Assembly (NCBI RefSeq): GCF_009914755.1
Contig: NC_060928.1
Direction: 5' to 3' (one strand)
DNA: 64,000 nt
Origin: the human T2T-CHM13v2.0 reference genome, Homo sapiens
Positions 24,307-45,145 of this stretch are shown here, piece after piece. Under the pieces are notes generated by a model that saw only the letters and a list, made by a program, of their open reading frames with translations, was not told the origin of the DNA and did not search any database. The position numbers were made by a program, and so were the translations under genes. How positions within the stretch are numbered: the first letter of the stretch is position 1; each line of letters begins with the position of its first letter.

Positions 24307-24840
24307 GTAGCTCTTTCATAATTTTATCTACTTTCTAATTTTCTATGAAAATTGGCCTTTTGAACTTTCTGCCTCTAGAGGGGTCAATTTTGGATACATT
24401 ATATTTTTCTAGGAAATTTCCCACTTTCTTAGGTTGTCAAATGTATTCACTAAGAGTTGTGCAAATTGTTTCTTAGGAAATTAGAGATTTTTTTCGATGG
24501 TTATTTCCCCCTTTCATTTCTTTGTGTATTTATGTTTTTTTTTTTCATTTTTACTTGATTAAGAAAACTAATGATTAATTTCCATTGTAATTTTTTCAGA
24601 GAACAAGATTTATTATAAATTGTTGCATGTGTTTGGTTTATTTTGATATTCTTTTTTACTTTTATGAGTTAAATGTTTTACTCTTGGTTTTATTGACATA
24701 ACTATTGGAGGCTTTAGATTTTCTTTTTAGTGCTTTAAGGATTCAGATATGTCAAATTTTTATTTTAACTTTGTTTTAGAAATTCTGTAGTTTGGGATGT
24801 ATTTGCCTTTTGACCCCAAATTTTTTTTGTTTTTATTAAT

Positions 24841-24921
24841 AATAGGTTGGTGCAAAAGTAACTGAGGATTTGCCATTATTTTCAATGACAAAAACCACAA
24901 TTATTTTTGCACCAACCTAAT
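24841..24921. mobile_element. MADE1 (Hsmar1-derived MITE)
   Basis: 80-bp near-palindrome TAGGTTGGTGCAAAA...TTTTGCACCAACCTA. Confidence 0.92.
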
Positions 24922-24977
24922 CTTATTGCACTTTGTGATCACACATTGTTGTTTATAACTTCTGCTTTTTGGAATTT

Positions 24978-25591
24978 TATTATTTTCCTATTGCTGCCAT
25001 AACAAATTAACACAAAGTTAACATCTTAAAATAAGACAAATTAATTTTATTACAGTTCTGTAGGTCGTAAGTTAAGATGAGCTTGGTGAGTTCTCTGCTT
25101 GAGGTCTCACTAGCCTGAAATGAAGACATCAGCTGGCCTGGGCTGATGTTCTGGGGGAGAATCTGGTTCCAAGCTCATTTATGTTGGGGACAGAATTCAG
25201 TTCCATGTGATTATATGACTGAGGTCCCCATGTCATTGGTGGCTAGAGGCTAAAAGCCAGTCTTTGCTCCTGGAGGCTGCCCATATTTCCTCCTCATGCT
25301 TTCTTTCAATGTGGCTTCTTCCAGCAATAACAAGGCAAGCCTCTCTTAGGATCTGAATCTCTCTGAATTCAACTTCTGCCTCATCTCCTTAACTTTACCT
25401 GGAGAAAGTTCTCTGCTTTTAAGTGTTCATGTGATTAGATTGGGCACACCCAGATAATTCCAAATAATCTCCCTATTTTAAGGTTTACAACCTTACTTAC
25501 ATCTGCAAAGTGCCTTTTGCCGTGTAATATATTCACAGGATCTAGGGAATCATGGCATAGACAGCTTTTGGGGGTCATTCTGCCTACAACA
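24978..25591 (-). mobile_element. MLT1-type MaLR LTR
   Basis: ttcctattgctgccataacaaatt...cacccagataat...cattctgcctacaaca. Confidence 0.8.
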
Positions 25592-26706
25592 GGAACTTAT
25601 CAAGGTTGCCTTTTGGACCTAACACATGGTAGAGTTTTTAAGTAGCTCATGTGCACTAGAAAAAGAAGGCTTTATTCTCTTATTGTTCAAAATTATATAT
25701 ATATACATTTTTTTGTGTGTATACACACACACACACACACACACACTTATAGGACCTCCTTTGTTCATTATTTGTTAGATCTTCTATATCCTTACCTAGT
25801 ATTGTCCATTTGACCTGTCTTTGGACCAAGAGTAGTATGGTACAGTCTCTACCTTTTAGAGTTTTTCTGTCTATTCCTTTTCAAAGTTTCTGCTTTATAT
25901 AGATTGTGTCTGCATTAAATAGTGCATAGATATGTATAACTTTATATCTCCATTGTAAATGGCAGCTTTAACATTATAAAGATCCTCCTTTTTCTTTATT
26001 AATGATTTGGCTGACTTCTGCCTAGTTAGATTTCAAGACTATAAACTTAAACTCTACTCTCATTTGCACTTGAACAGTACACTTTCTACCCATTTACTTT
26101 TAGAGTTTCTGAATAATTTCATTTTCAGTGTATTGTCTGTATGTGGCATAGAATTGTTTTGCTTTTAAGCTGATCTTATTTATTTTAATAGGTAAATTGA
26201 ATCCATTTGCATTTATAAATATGACCAATATTTTTAATCTCTATTTTTTCAGTTATCTTATGTTGTATTTCCCATGTGTCTTTCATTAGTTTGTTTTGTT
26301 TATTCTATTTTAAATATTTTGGTTTAAATGTGCATAGTTTTGTACTAATGACTTTTAGACTAATACTTTTAAATAATTCTGTAGCCTTCCTTTTTCTTTA
26401 CTTAGGCTTTTATTATTACATTTATTAGCTTTAAAAAATATCCTTTAACTACTGTCTATTATTTGTGCACCATCCATGAGCTAATTTTGTCTTCTCCTTC
26501 TCTTTCCCTTCTCCTTTCATTTTTTAGTTTTTAAAGCATATATTGATAAGCTTTTATTCCACATTTGTTTTAATCTAAGTTCTCATTAGTAGTTTTCTGT
26601 AGGTTTCCTGATCCGCTATGATGACGTTCATCTTCTAGTTGATTCCTTACAAAGAACATATAGATGAAATATATCCTTGAGTTCTTGCATATTTTTCTAT
26701 GGCCTT

Positions 26707-27116
26707 TGTCTTAGTCTGCTCAGTGTTGCTATAAAGGAATACTGGAGACTAGGTAATTTATAAAGATAAAAAGGTTCATAGGGCTCACAATTCTGATGTC
26801 TGAAAAAGTGCAAGACTGTACATTTGCATCTAGGGAGGGCCTCAGGCTGCTTCCAGTCATGGTGGAAGGTGCAAGGGAGCCAGCACATGCAGAGATCACA
26901 TGGTGAGAGGAAGCAAGACAAGGAGGAGGGAGGTATCACCCTCTTTTTTACATTCAGCTCTCTCAAAAGCTAATAGAGTGGGAAATTATTCCTGAGGAAG
27001 GGCATTAATCTATTCATGAGAAATTCATTCCCATGACCCAAACACCTGCCTTTAAGGTCTCACTTTCAACATCGGGGATCAAATTTCAACATGAGGTTTG
27101 GAGGGGACAAATAACA
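26707..27116 (-). mobile_element. MST-type MaLR LTR
   Basis: TGTCTTAGTC...gctataaaggaatac...tttcaacatgaggtttggagggga. Confidence 0.82.
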
Positions 27117-27544
27117 GCTTTAATACAAACCTTTTGCCTCCTTTAGTATGTTGCTGTTGAAAAGTATTCTTACAGTAACTTACTTTTCCTTCCTTTCTAA
27201 AAGACTTCATCTATTTGCTTGGAAGCCAGATAATTATTTGTCTTTGAGACCCCATTGTTTTACTATGATATGAATCAGAAATGAACTTCTGGATCATTAT
27301 CAGGTATTTAGTGGATACAAGGGTACTTTCAGCATGTAAATGTAATGGTGTGTGTCTGTGAGTGTATATGTGTGTGTTAGAAAAGATTTCAAGTATAGTT
27401 TTAAATACAATATTCTTTCTAATTTTATTTTTTCTCTTTTTAGGAACTCAAATTATATATTATATAATATGAACAGAATCCTCTTTCCCCATATGCTATA
27501 TGTCTTACTTTATTTTATTACTTTTCTTTTTTTGTCTTTTAAAA

Positions 27545-34435
<6,891 letters not shown>

Positions 34436-34479
34436 TCCTCTGCTTTTCTTTATTATAGTTTAATTCTTTAAATATTTTT

Positions 34480-35520
34480 TAAATAACACAATATTTGTAC
34501 ATATTTATATGGTACAGGGTGATATTTCAATTATACAGTGTGTAATGATCAAATCAGGGTAATTTGCATATCCATCACCTTGAGCATTTATCATTTCTTT
34601 GTGTTGGGAATGTTCAAAACTCTCTCTTCTGGCTACTTGAAAATATTCAGTAAATTACTGGGGTTTTTCTTAATTTTTATTTTTATAGATTTAGGGGTAC
34701 AGTGCAGTTCTGTTACATGGATATACTGTGTAACAGTGAGGTCCAGGTTTTTAGTGTAACCAATGTACATTGTACTCATTAGGTAATTTCTCATCCTTAC
34801 CCCTTTCCTACAGTCCCACCTTTTTGCATCTTTCATGTCTATAATTCCACTCTACATCCATGCATACACATTATTTAGCACCCAATTATAAGTGAGAACA
34901 TGCAGTATTGAGTTTCTGTTTCTAAGTTATTTCACTTAAGATAATTGCCTCCAATTCCATCCATGTTGCTGCAAAAGACATGATTGTATTCTTTAATGGT
35001 TGAGTGGTATTCCATGATGTGTATGTGCTGTATTTTCTTTATCCAATCATCCATTGATGGTCACTTAGTTGATTCCATATCTTTGCTATTGTGAATAGTG
35101 CAGTGATAAGCATATAAGTGCAGGTATCTTCTTGATATTATGATTTCTGTTCCTTTGGGAAGATACCCTGCAGTAGGCTTGCAATTATTATTAATATAGT
35201 CATGCTACAATGCTACAAAACACTTGAACCTATTCCTCTTATCTGCCTGTAATTTTGTATCCTTTAATCAGCCTCTTCCTATTGTCCCCACCACTCTTCC
35301 CAGCTACTTCCCAGTAACCACTATTCTGCTCAATATTTCTGTGAGATCAACTTTTTTAGCTTCCACATAAGAGTGAGAAAAATGCAATATTTATTATGTG
35401 CCTGGCTAATTTCACATAATATTCTCCGGGATCATCCATGTTGTTACAAATGACAAGATTTTGTTCTTTTTAAAGGCTGTATAATATTACTTGTCCATTA
35501 TGTATATATACCATATTTTC
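34480..35520 (-). mobile_element. L1MA-like 3' end (host element) with a second L1 3' fragment nested at about 34670-35180
   Basis: Two L1 3' UTR starts; the host continues at 41893. Confidence 0.75.
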
Positions 35521-35529
35521 CTTTTTAAA

Positions 35530-35900
35530 AAACATTTTTTATTTCCATACGTTATTGGGGAACAGTGGTTGTTACATTAGTAAGTTCTTTAGTGGTGATT
35601 TGTAAGATTTTGGTGCATCCATCACCTGAGCAGTACACATTGCACACAATTTGTAGTCTTTTATCCCTCACCCCCTTCCCACGCTTTCCTTCTGAGTCCC
35701 CAAAGTCCACTGTGTCATTCTCATGCTTTTGTATCCTCATAGCTTAGCTCTTACTTATGAGGGAGAACATATAATGTTTGGTTTTTCATTCCTGAGTTAC
35801 TTCACTTAGAATAATAGTCTCCAGTCTCATCCAGGTCGCTGGGAATGCCATTAATTCATTAATTCATTCATTTTTATGGCTGAGTAGTCGTTCATCATAT

Positions 35901-35950
<50 letters not shown>

Positions 35951-38900
35951 CTCACAGTTTCTTTATCCACTCATTGATTGATGGGCATTTGGGTTGGTTC
36001 CACATTTGCAGTTGCAAATTGTGCTGCTATAAACATGCGTGTGCAAGTGTCTTTTTCGTATAATGACTTCTTTTCCTCTGGGTAGATACCCAGTAGTGGG
36101 ATTGCTGGACCAAATGGTATTTCTACTTTTAGTTCTTTATGGAATCTCCACATTGTTTTCCGTAGTGGTTTTGCTAGTTTACATTCCCACCAGCAGTGAA
36201 GTGTTCCCTGTTCACCACATCCATGCCAACATCTATTATTTTTTCATTTTCTGGTTATGGCCATCCTTGTAGGAGTAAGATGGTATCGCATTGTGGTTTT
36301 GATTTGCATTTTCCTTATAACTAGTGATGTCAATCATTTTTTTGTATAGTTGTTGGCCATTTGTATGTCTTCTTTTGAGTACTGTCTGTTCATGTCCTTA
36401 GCCCACTTTTTCATGGGATTGTTTGTTTTTTTCTTGCTAATTTGTTTGTTGTAGATTCTGGATATTAGTTTTTTGTCAAATGTATAGATTGTGAAGATTT
36501 TCTCTCACTCTGTGAGTTGTCTGTTTACTCTGCTGCCAGTTCCTTTGGCCATGCAAAAGCTCTTTAGTTTAATTATGTCCCAACTGTTTATCTCTGTTTT
36601 TATTGAATTTGCTTTTGTGTTCTTGGTCATGAAATACTTGCCTAGGTCAATATCTAGAAAAGTTTTTCCAATGTTATCTTCTACAAGTTCTGTAGTTTCA
36701 GGTCTTAGATTTAAGTCCTTGATCCCTCTTCAGTTGATTTTTGTATAAGATGAGAGATGAGGACCCAGTTTTATTCACCTACATGTGGCTTGCCAACTAT
36801 CCCAGCACCATTTGTTGAAGAGGGTGTCCTTTCCTCACTTTATGTTTTTGTTTGCTTTGTCAAAGATCAGTTGGCTATAAGTATTTGGTTTTATTTCTGG
36901 GTTCCCAATTCTGTTCCAATGGTCTGTGTGCCTACTTTTATACCAGTACCATGCTGTTTTGGTTAATATGGCCTTATAGTATAGTTTGAAGTCACGTAGT
37001 GTGATGCCTCCAGATTTGTTCTTTTTGCTTAGTCTTGCTTTGGCTATGTGGACTCTTTTTTGGTTCCATATGAATTTTAGGATTTTTTTTCTAGTTCTGT
37101 GAAGAATGATGTTGGTATTTTGATGGGAATTGTGTTGAATTTGTAGATTTTTGTTTCAATACGGTCATTTTCACAATATTGATTCTACCCATCCACGAGC
37201 ATAGAATATGTTTCCATTTGTTTGGATCATTTATCATTTCTTTCAGCAGCATTTTATAGTTTTTCTTGTAGAGGCCTTTTGCCTCTGTGGTTAGGTATGT
37301 TCCTAAGTATTTTATTTTATTTGCTGCTATTGTAAAAGGGGTTGAGTTCATGATTTGATTATCAGCTTGGTTGCTGCTGGTGTATAGAAGAGCTACTAAT
37401 TAGTATACTTTAATTTTGTATCCAGACACTTTGCTGAATTCTTTTATCTGTTCTAGGAGCTTTCTGGAGGAGTCTTTAGGGTTTTCGAGGTAAATAATCA
37501 TATCATCAGCAAACAGCAACAGTTTGACTTCCTCTTTACAAATTTGGATGACCTTTATTTCTTTCTCTTGTCTGATTGCTCTGGCTAGGACTTCCAGTAC
37601 TATGTTGAAGAGAATTGGTGAGAGTTGGCATCCTTGTCTTGTTCTAGTTGTCAGAGGGAATGCTTTTTAACTTTTCCCCATTTAGTATTATGTTGGTTGT
37701 GGGTTTGTCATAGACGGCTTTTATTACATTCAGGTGTGTCCCTTGTATGCTGATTTTGCTGGTGGATTAATTTTTTGATGTTGTTGGATTTGGTTAGCTG
37801 GTATTTTGTTATGAATTTTTGCATCTATGTTCATCAGGGATATTGCTCTGTAGTTTTCTTTTTTGGATATGTCCTTTCCTGGTTTGGGTATTAGGGTGAT
37901 ACTGGCTTCATAAAATAAATTAGTGAGGATTTCTTCTTTTTCTAACTTGTGGAATAGTGTCAATAGGATTGGTACCAATTCTTCTTTTAATGTCTCATAG
38001 AATTCTGTGAATCCATCTGGTCCTGGACCATTTTTATTGGTAATTTTTTTATTACGATTTCAATCTCACTCTTGTTATTAGTGTGTTCAGGGTATCTAAT
38101 TCTTCTTGATTCAAGCTAGGAAAGTTGTATCTTTCCAGGAATTTATCCATCTCCTCTTGGTTTTGTAGTTTACGCATCTAAAGCTCTTCATAGTAGCCTT
38201 GAATGATCTTTTGTATTTCTGTGGTGTCAGTTGTTATATCTTTAGTTTTGTTTCCTATGAACTTATTTGGATTTTCTCTCATCTTTTCTTGGTTAATCTT
38301 GATAATGATCTATCAATTTTATTTATCTTTTCAAGGAACCAGCTTTTTGCTACATTTTTATCTTTTGTATTGCTTTTTTCTGATTTCAATTCTTTTAGTT
38401 ATGCTCTAAACTTGGTTATTTCCTTTCTTCTGCTGGCTTTGGGTTTTGTTTGTTTTTGTTTTAATAGTTCCTTGAGGTGTGACCTTAGATTGTTTGTGCT
38501 CTTTTAGACTTTTTGATGTAGGCATTTAGGGCTATGAACTTTCCCCTTAGCACTGCCTTTGCTGTATCCTAGAGGCTTTCACACGTTGTGTCACTACTGT
38601 CATTCAGTTTGAAGAATTTTTAAATTTCAATCTTGATTTCATTTTTACCCATTGCTCAGTCAAGAGTAGGTTATTTAATTTTCGTGTATTTGCATGGTTT
38701 GGAAGATTCCTTTTGGAGCTGATTTTCAGTTTTAGTCCACTGTGGTCTGGAAGAGTGCTTGATACAATTTCAATTTTCTTAAATTTATTGAGGCTCATTT
38801 TATGGCCTATCATATGGTCTATCTGGGAGGAAGTTCCATGTGCTGATGAATAGAATGTATGTTCTTCACTTGTTGAGTAGAATATTCTGTAAATATCTGT

Positions 38901-41890
38901 TAAGTCCATTTGTTACAGGGTGTATTTTAAATCCAATGTTTCTTTGTTTACTTTCTGTCTTGATGACCTAATGCTGTCAGTGGAGTATTGAAGTCCCCCA
39001 CTATTATTGTGTTGCTCTCTGTCTCATTTCTTAGGTGTATTGGTAATTGTTTTATAAATTCAGGAACTCCAGTGTTAGATGGATATATATTTAGGATTGT
39101 GATAGTTTCCTGTTGAACAAGGCCTTTTATCATTATATAATATCTCTTTTCGTCTCTTTTAATTGCTGTTGCTTTAAAGTTTGTTTTATCTGATATGGCT
39201 ACTCCTGCTTGCTTTTGGTGTCAATTTGCATGGAATGTCTTTTTCCACCCCTTTACCTTAAGTTCATGTGACTCCTCATATGTTAGGACTCGTGAGGTAA
39301 GAATTGGTAAAATCTTATCCGTTCTGCAATTCTGTATCTTTTAAGTGGAACATTTAGGCCATTTACATTCAATGTTAGTATTGAGATGTGAGGTATCATT
39401 CCATTCATTGTGCTATTTGTTGCCCGTGTAATGTGGTTTTCTGGCTTTTTTTTAATGTATTTTTGTTGTATAGGTCCTGTGAGATTAATGCTTTAAAGAG
39501 GTTCTGTTTTGATGTGTTTCTAGGATTTGTTTCAAGAGTTAGAGCTCCTTTTAGCAGTTCTTGTAGTGCTGGCTCAGCAGTGATGAATTCTCTCAGCATT
39601 TGTTTTTCTGAAAAAGACTATCTTTCCTTCCTTTATGAAGCTTAATTTTGCTAGGTACAAAATTCTTGGCTGATCATTATGTTGTTTGAGGAGGCTGAAG
39701 ATAGTGCCCCAGTCCCTTCTAGCTTATATGGTTTCTGCTTAGAAATCTGCTGTCAATCTCTTAGGTTTTCCTTTATAGGTTACCTGGTCCTTTTGCCTCA
39801 CATCTCTTAACAGTCTTTCCTTCATCTTAAATTTAGTTTACCTGATGACAGTGTGCCTAGGTGAAGATCTTTTTGTGATGAATTTCCCAGGTGTTCTTTG
39901 AGCTTCTTGTATTTGAATGTCTAGGTCTCTAGCAAGGCCTGGGAAGTTTTCCTTGATTATTTCCCCAAAAATATTTTCCAAACTTTTAGATTTCTCTTCT
40001 TCCTCAGGAACACCAATTATTCTTAGGTTTGGTCATTTAGCATAATCCCAGACTTCTTGGGGACTTTGTTCATATTTTCTTATTCTTTTTTCTTTGTCTT
40101 GTTGGATTGGGTTAATTAGAAAATCTTGTCTTTGAGCTCTGAAATTCCTTCTTCTGTTTGTTTGATTGTGCTGCTGAGACTTTCCAGAGGCTTTTCATTT
40201 CTATAAGTGCATCCATTGTTTCCTGAAGTTTTGACTTTTTTATATTTATACTATTTCTGTTAATATTTCTCCCTTAACTCCTTGTATTGTTTCATGGATT
40301 TTCTTGCACTGGGCTTCGCCTTTCTCTGGTGCCTCCCTGGTTAGCTTAATAAATAACCTCCTGAATTTTTTTTCAGGTAAATCAGGGATTTCTTCTTTGT
40401 TTGAATCCATTGCTGGTGAGCTAGTGTGATTTTTTTTGGGTGTATTAAAGAGCCTTGTTTTGTCATATTACCAGAGTTAGTTTTCTGGTTCTTTCTCATT
40501 TGGGTAGGCTGTGTCACAGGGAAAGCCTGGGGCTGAAGGCTGATGTTCAGAGTCTTTTGCCTCACAGGGTATTCCCTTTATGTAGTACTCCCCTCCTTTT
40601 CCTAGGGATGTGGCTTCCTGTGAGCCGAGCTGCAGCATCTCTCTCCTGGGTCTAGCCACCCAGGAAGTCTACTTGGCTCTGGGCTGGTACTGGTGGTTGT
40701 CTGCACAGAGGCCTGTGATGTGAACCATCTGTGAGTCTCTCAGCCATGGATACCAGCACCTCTTCCAGTGGGAGTGGCAGTTGGGTGAAATAGACTCTGT
40801 GAGGGTTCTCTGCTTTGGTTGTTTAATGCACTATTTTTGTGCTGGTTGGCCTCCTGCCCAGAGGTGGTGCTTTCCAGAGAGCATCAGCTGTGGTAGTGTC
40901 GGGAGGAAGAGGTGATGGGTGGGGTGCTATTACTCCTAAGAGTATAAGACCTTTGTCTTCAGCTACCATGGTGGACAGGGAAGGACCACTAGGTGGGGGC
41001 AGGGCTAGGCTTGCCTGAGCTCATACTCTTCTTTAGTGGGTCTTGCTGTGACTGCTGTGGGGGTTGGGCGTGAGGTTCCCAGGTCAATGGAGTTATGTTC
41101 CTCAGAGAATTATGGCTGCCTTTGCTGTGTCATGCAGGTTGTCAGAGAAGTGGGGAAAAGCCACCAGTTACAGGCATCACCCAGCTCCCACACAACCCAG
41201 AGGGCTGGTCTCACTCTTACTGTGTCACCCCCAACAGTACTGAGTCTTTAGGCAGTCAGGGAGCAGAGCTGAGAACTTGCCCAAGGCTACCTGCCTCTCA
41301 TCTGCAAAAGTAAGTAAGGCTTTCATGCTTCCCTCACTTGTGGAGTCTACACACCGGATTCACTTCCTCCCTCGAGTTCTGGCCAGGATACTTCTTGATC
41401 TGTTCAAGTTGTTACAGTTCAGCTGGAGGTTTCTTTTCCTGTCACCTTTTCCCAGTACCTCAGGCAGCCCACCCGAAGGACCACTGTGAAGCAAGGGAGA
41501 AATGGCTTGCCAGCAAGCCTACGGGGCTTTTCCCGCTGCTTCTTCTACGTCTGTATTTTACTCAGTTCTCTAAACTGACTCAGCTCCAGGTAAGGTCAGA
41601 ATCTTCTCCCATGATCTAGACCTTCAGGTTCCCCAGTGAGAATGTGTGTTTGGAGGCAGATGGTCCCCCTTTCTCATTTCCACACTTTGGACGCTCACCA
41701 TATTTGGAGTGTCTCCCGGGTCCTATAGGAGCAATCTGCTTTCTTCAGAGGGTCTGTGGGTTTTCTCTGTTTTCCTGATTTATTCCTACAGTCATTCTGG
41801 AGCAAAAGTTCACAATGCAAGCCTCCACATGCTGCTCTGTCCATCTGAGTGGGAGCTGCAATCTAGTCCTGCCTCCCATCTGCCATACTC
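35530..41890 (-). mobile_element. Second near full-length L1PB1-like LINE
   Basis: Collinear with 27545-34435; TSD TATACCATATTTT (35507) / TATACCGTATTTT (41893). Confidence 0.92.
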
Positions 41891-41892
41891 TC

Positions 41893-43540
41893 TATACCGT
41901 ATTTTTTTATATAAATCTGTCTGTTAATGAATACTTAGGTTGATTTCATATTTTTGCTACTGTGAATAATGCTGCACTAAATAGGAGTGAAGATATTGCT
42001 TCAATACACTGATCTCCTTTCCTTTAAATGTATATCCAGTACTGGGATTAATGGATCATATGGTAGTTTTATTTTTAGTTTTTTGAGGAATCTTTATACT
42101 GTTTTCCATGGTGTCTGTACTAAGTTACATTCCCACCAACAGTGTATAAGTATCCTGTTTTCTCTGCATCTTCACCAGCATTTGTTATTTTATTTTTTAT
42201 TTTTTGTCTTTTTGATAATAGCTATTCTAACTGGGGTGAGGTGATCTCATTTTGGCTTTTATTTGCATTTCCCTAGTGATTAGTGATGTTGAAAATTTTC
42301 ATATACCTGTTAGACATTTGTATGTCTTCTGGAAAATGTCTACTTCACTCATTTGCCCAGTTTTTAAATTGGATTTTTCTTTTTTTCTTTTTCTTTTATT
42401 TTTGCTATTATTTTACTTCCTTGTATATTCTGGCTATTAATTTCTTGTCAATAAATAGCTTGCAAATATTTTCTCCCATTCTTCAGGTTGCCTCTTCCCT
42501 CTTTTGATTATTTCCTTTGCTGTGCAGAAGCATTTTAGTTTGATATAATTCCATCTGTCTTTTTTTTTTTTTTTTTTTTTTTGCTTTTGTTGCTTGTGTT
42601 TTGAGCTCTTATTCGTAAGTTGTTATTTTTTTTTCCTGGCCTTTGTCCTGAAGCATTTCCACTATACTTTCCCTTAATTTTATAATTTCCAGTCTTACAT
42701 TTAAGTCTTTTGAGTTGATTTTTGTATATGGTGAGAAAGATGGATCTGATTTCATTCTTCTGAATGTGGATATCCAGTTTTTCCAGCATCATTTATGGAA
42801 GGGACTGTCTTTTCTCCAATGTACATTCTTGGTAGCTTTCTTGAAAATCAGTTGGTTGTAAATGTATGGATTTATTTCTGTCTTTTCTATTCTCTCCCAA
42901 TGGTTTATATGTCTGTTTTTACAACAGCATCCTGCTATTTAATTAATATAGCTTTCTAGTTCATTTTAAAGTCAAGTGGTATGATGCTGCCAGCTTTGTT
43001 TTTTTTGTTCATGATTGCTTCGGCTATTCAGAGTCTTTTGTGGTTACATACAAATTTTAGAATTGTTTTTCTATTTTTGTGAACAATGTCATTGGTATTT
43101 TGATAGTGATTACATTTAATCTGTAAATTGCTTTGGGTAATATGGTCATCTTAACAATATTAATTCTTCCAATCTGTGAATATGGTATGTCTTTATTTTT
43201 TTTGTGTCCTTTTCAAATTCTTTTAACAGTGTTTTGTAGTTTTCATTGTAGAGATGTTTCACCTCCTTGGTTAAATTTATTCCTAGCTATTTATTTTTTT
43301 TACAGCTATTATAAATTGAATTGCTTTCTTGATTTATTTTTCAGTTAGTTTATTATTGGTATATAGAAACATCACTGATTTTGTACATTACAACTTTACT
43401 TAATTTGTTTATCAGTTTTAAATGGTTTTTGTTAGTCTTTAGGCTTTTCTACATATAAGATCATGTCATCTGCAAACACGGGCAATTTGATTCCCTTCTT
43501 CACAATTTATATGCTCTTTATTTCCTTCTCTTGCCTTCAT
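41893..43540 (-). mobile_element. L1MA-like ORF2 3' region (continuation of the host element)
   Basis: Antisense L1 ORF2 motifs resume after the TSD. Confidence 0.82.
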
Positions 43541-44244
43541 CTTTAAATTTTTTTTCTCCCCATCTTCTGTTCTTTGCCATTCTTTTCGTCATATCTTTTC
43601 TCCCTTGGGCACTTGTAATTAAGTGCTTATTTCTTAGATGTTTTTGTCTTTCTAAATTTCTTTCCTGAGTTTTGTCAGCATGTGTTCATACCTTGTTTTT
43701 ACATTTCTATTTCTGGCCTTTGAATTTATTATTTTTCTGTTCTTTTATATCAGCAATTGCTTGTTCAATAACATTAAACGAAATTTAAATTTATTTATGT
43801 TGCAGTGTTGCTCTGCTTCTTGCTTTTCTTCTCTTTATTTATCTATCTCTCACTTTACCAAAATGTTTTGGTAATTATTTTCTGCTTCATAATTATCGGA
43901 AATTATAGTGGGTACTTGAGTGGTATTTTGTTTGTTTGTTTGCTTGATTTTGTTCATGTTTGTGTAGCGACTATACGGACCAGAATAGCAAGGGAGGAGT
44001 TTAGGTGATTAACTCAGTTTTTCTATTTCAAGAGTGCCCTCTAATGTTGCTACAGCGAAGTGCAGTTTCTTTAACAAATAGCTCTTTTTTGTTGTTGTTC
44101 TGCATTTTTCTTAGTTTTGATTCTATCTTGTTTTGGTAGAATATTTCATCTTAATCACTTTCTTCTTTTTTTCTCTTCATCATCAAACATTCAAGGAAAC
44201 TTTCTGTTTCTGAGAAGCCTACTTATCCCAGAAACAATATCTTC

Positions 44245-45145
<901 letters not shown>
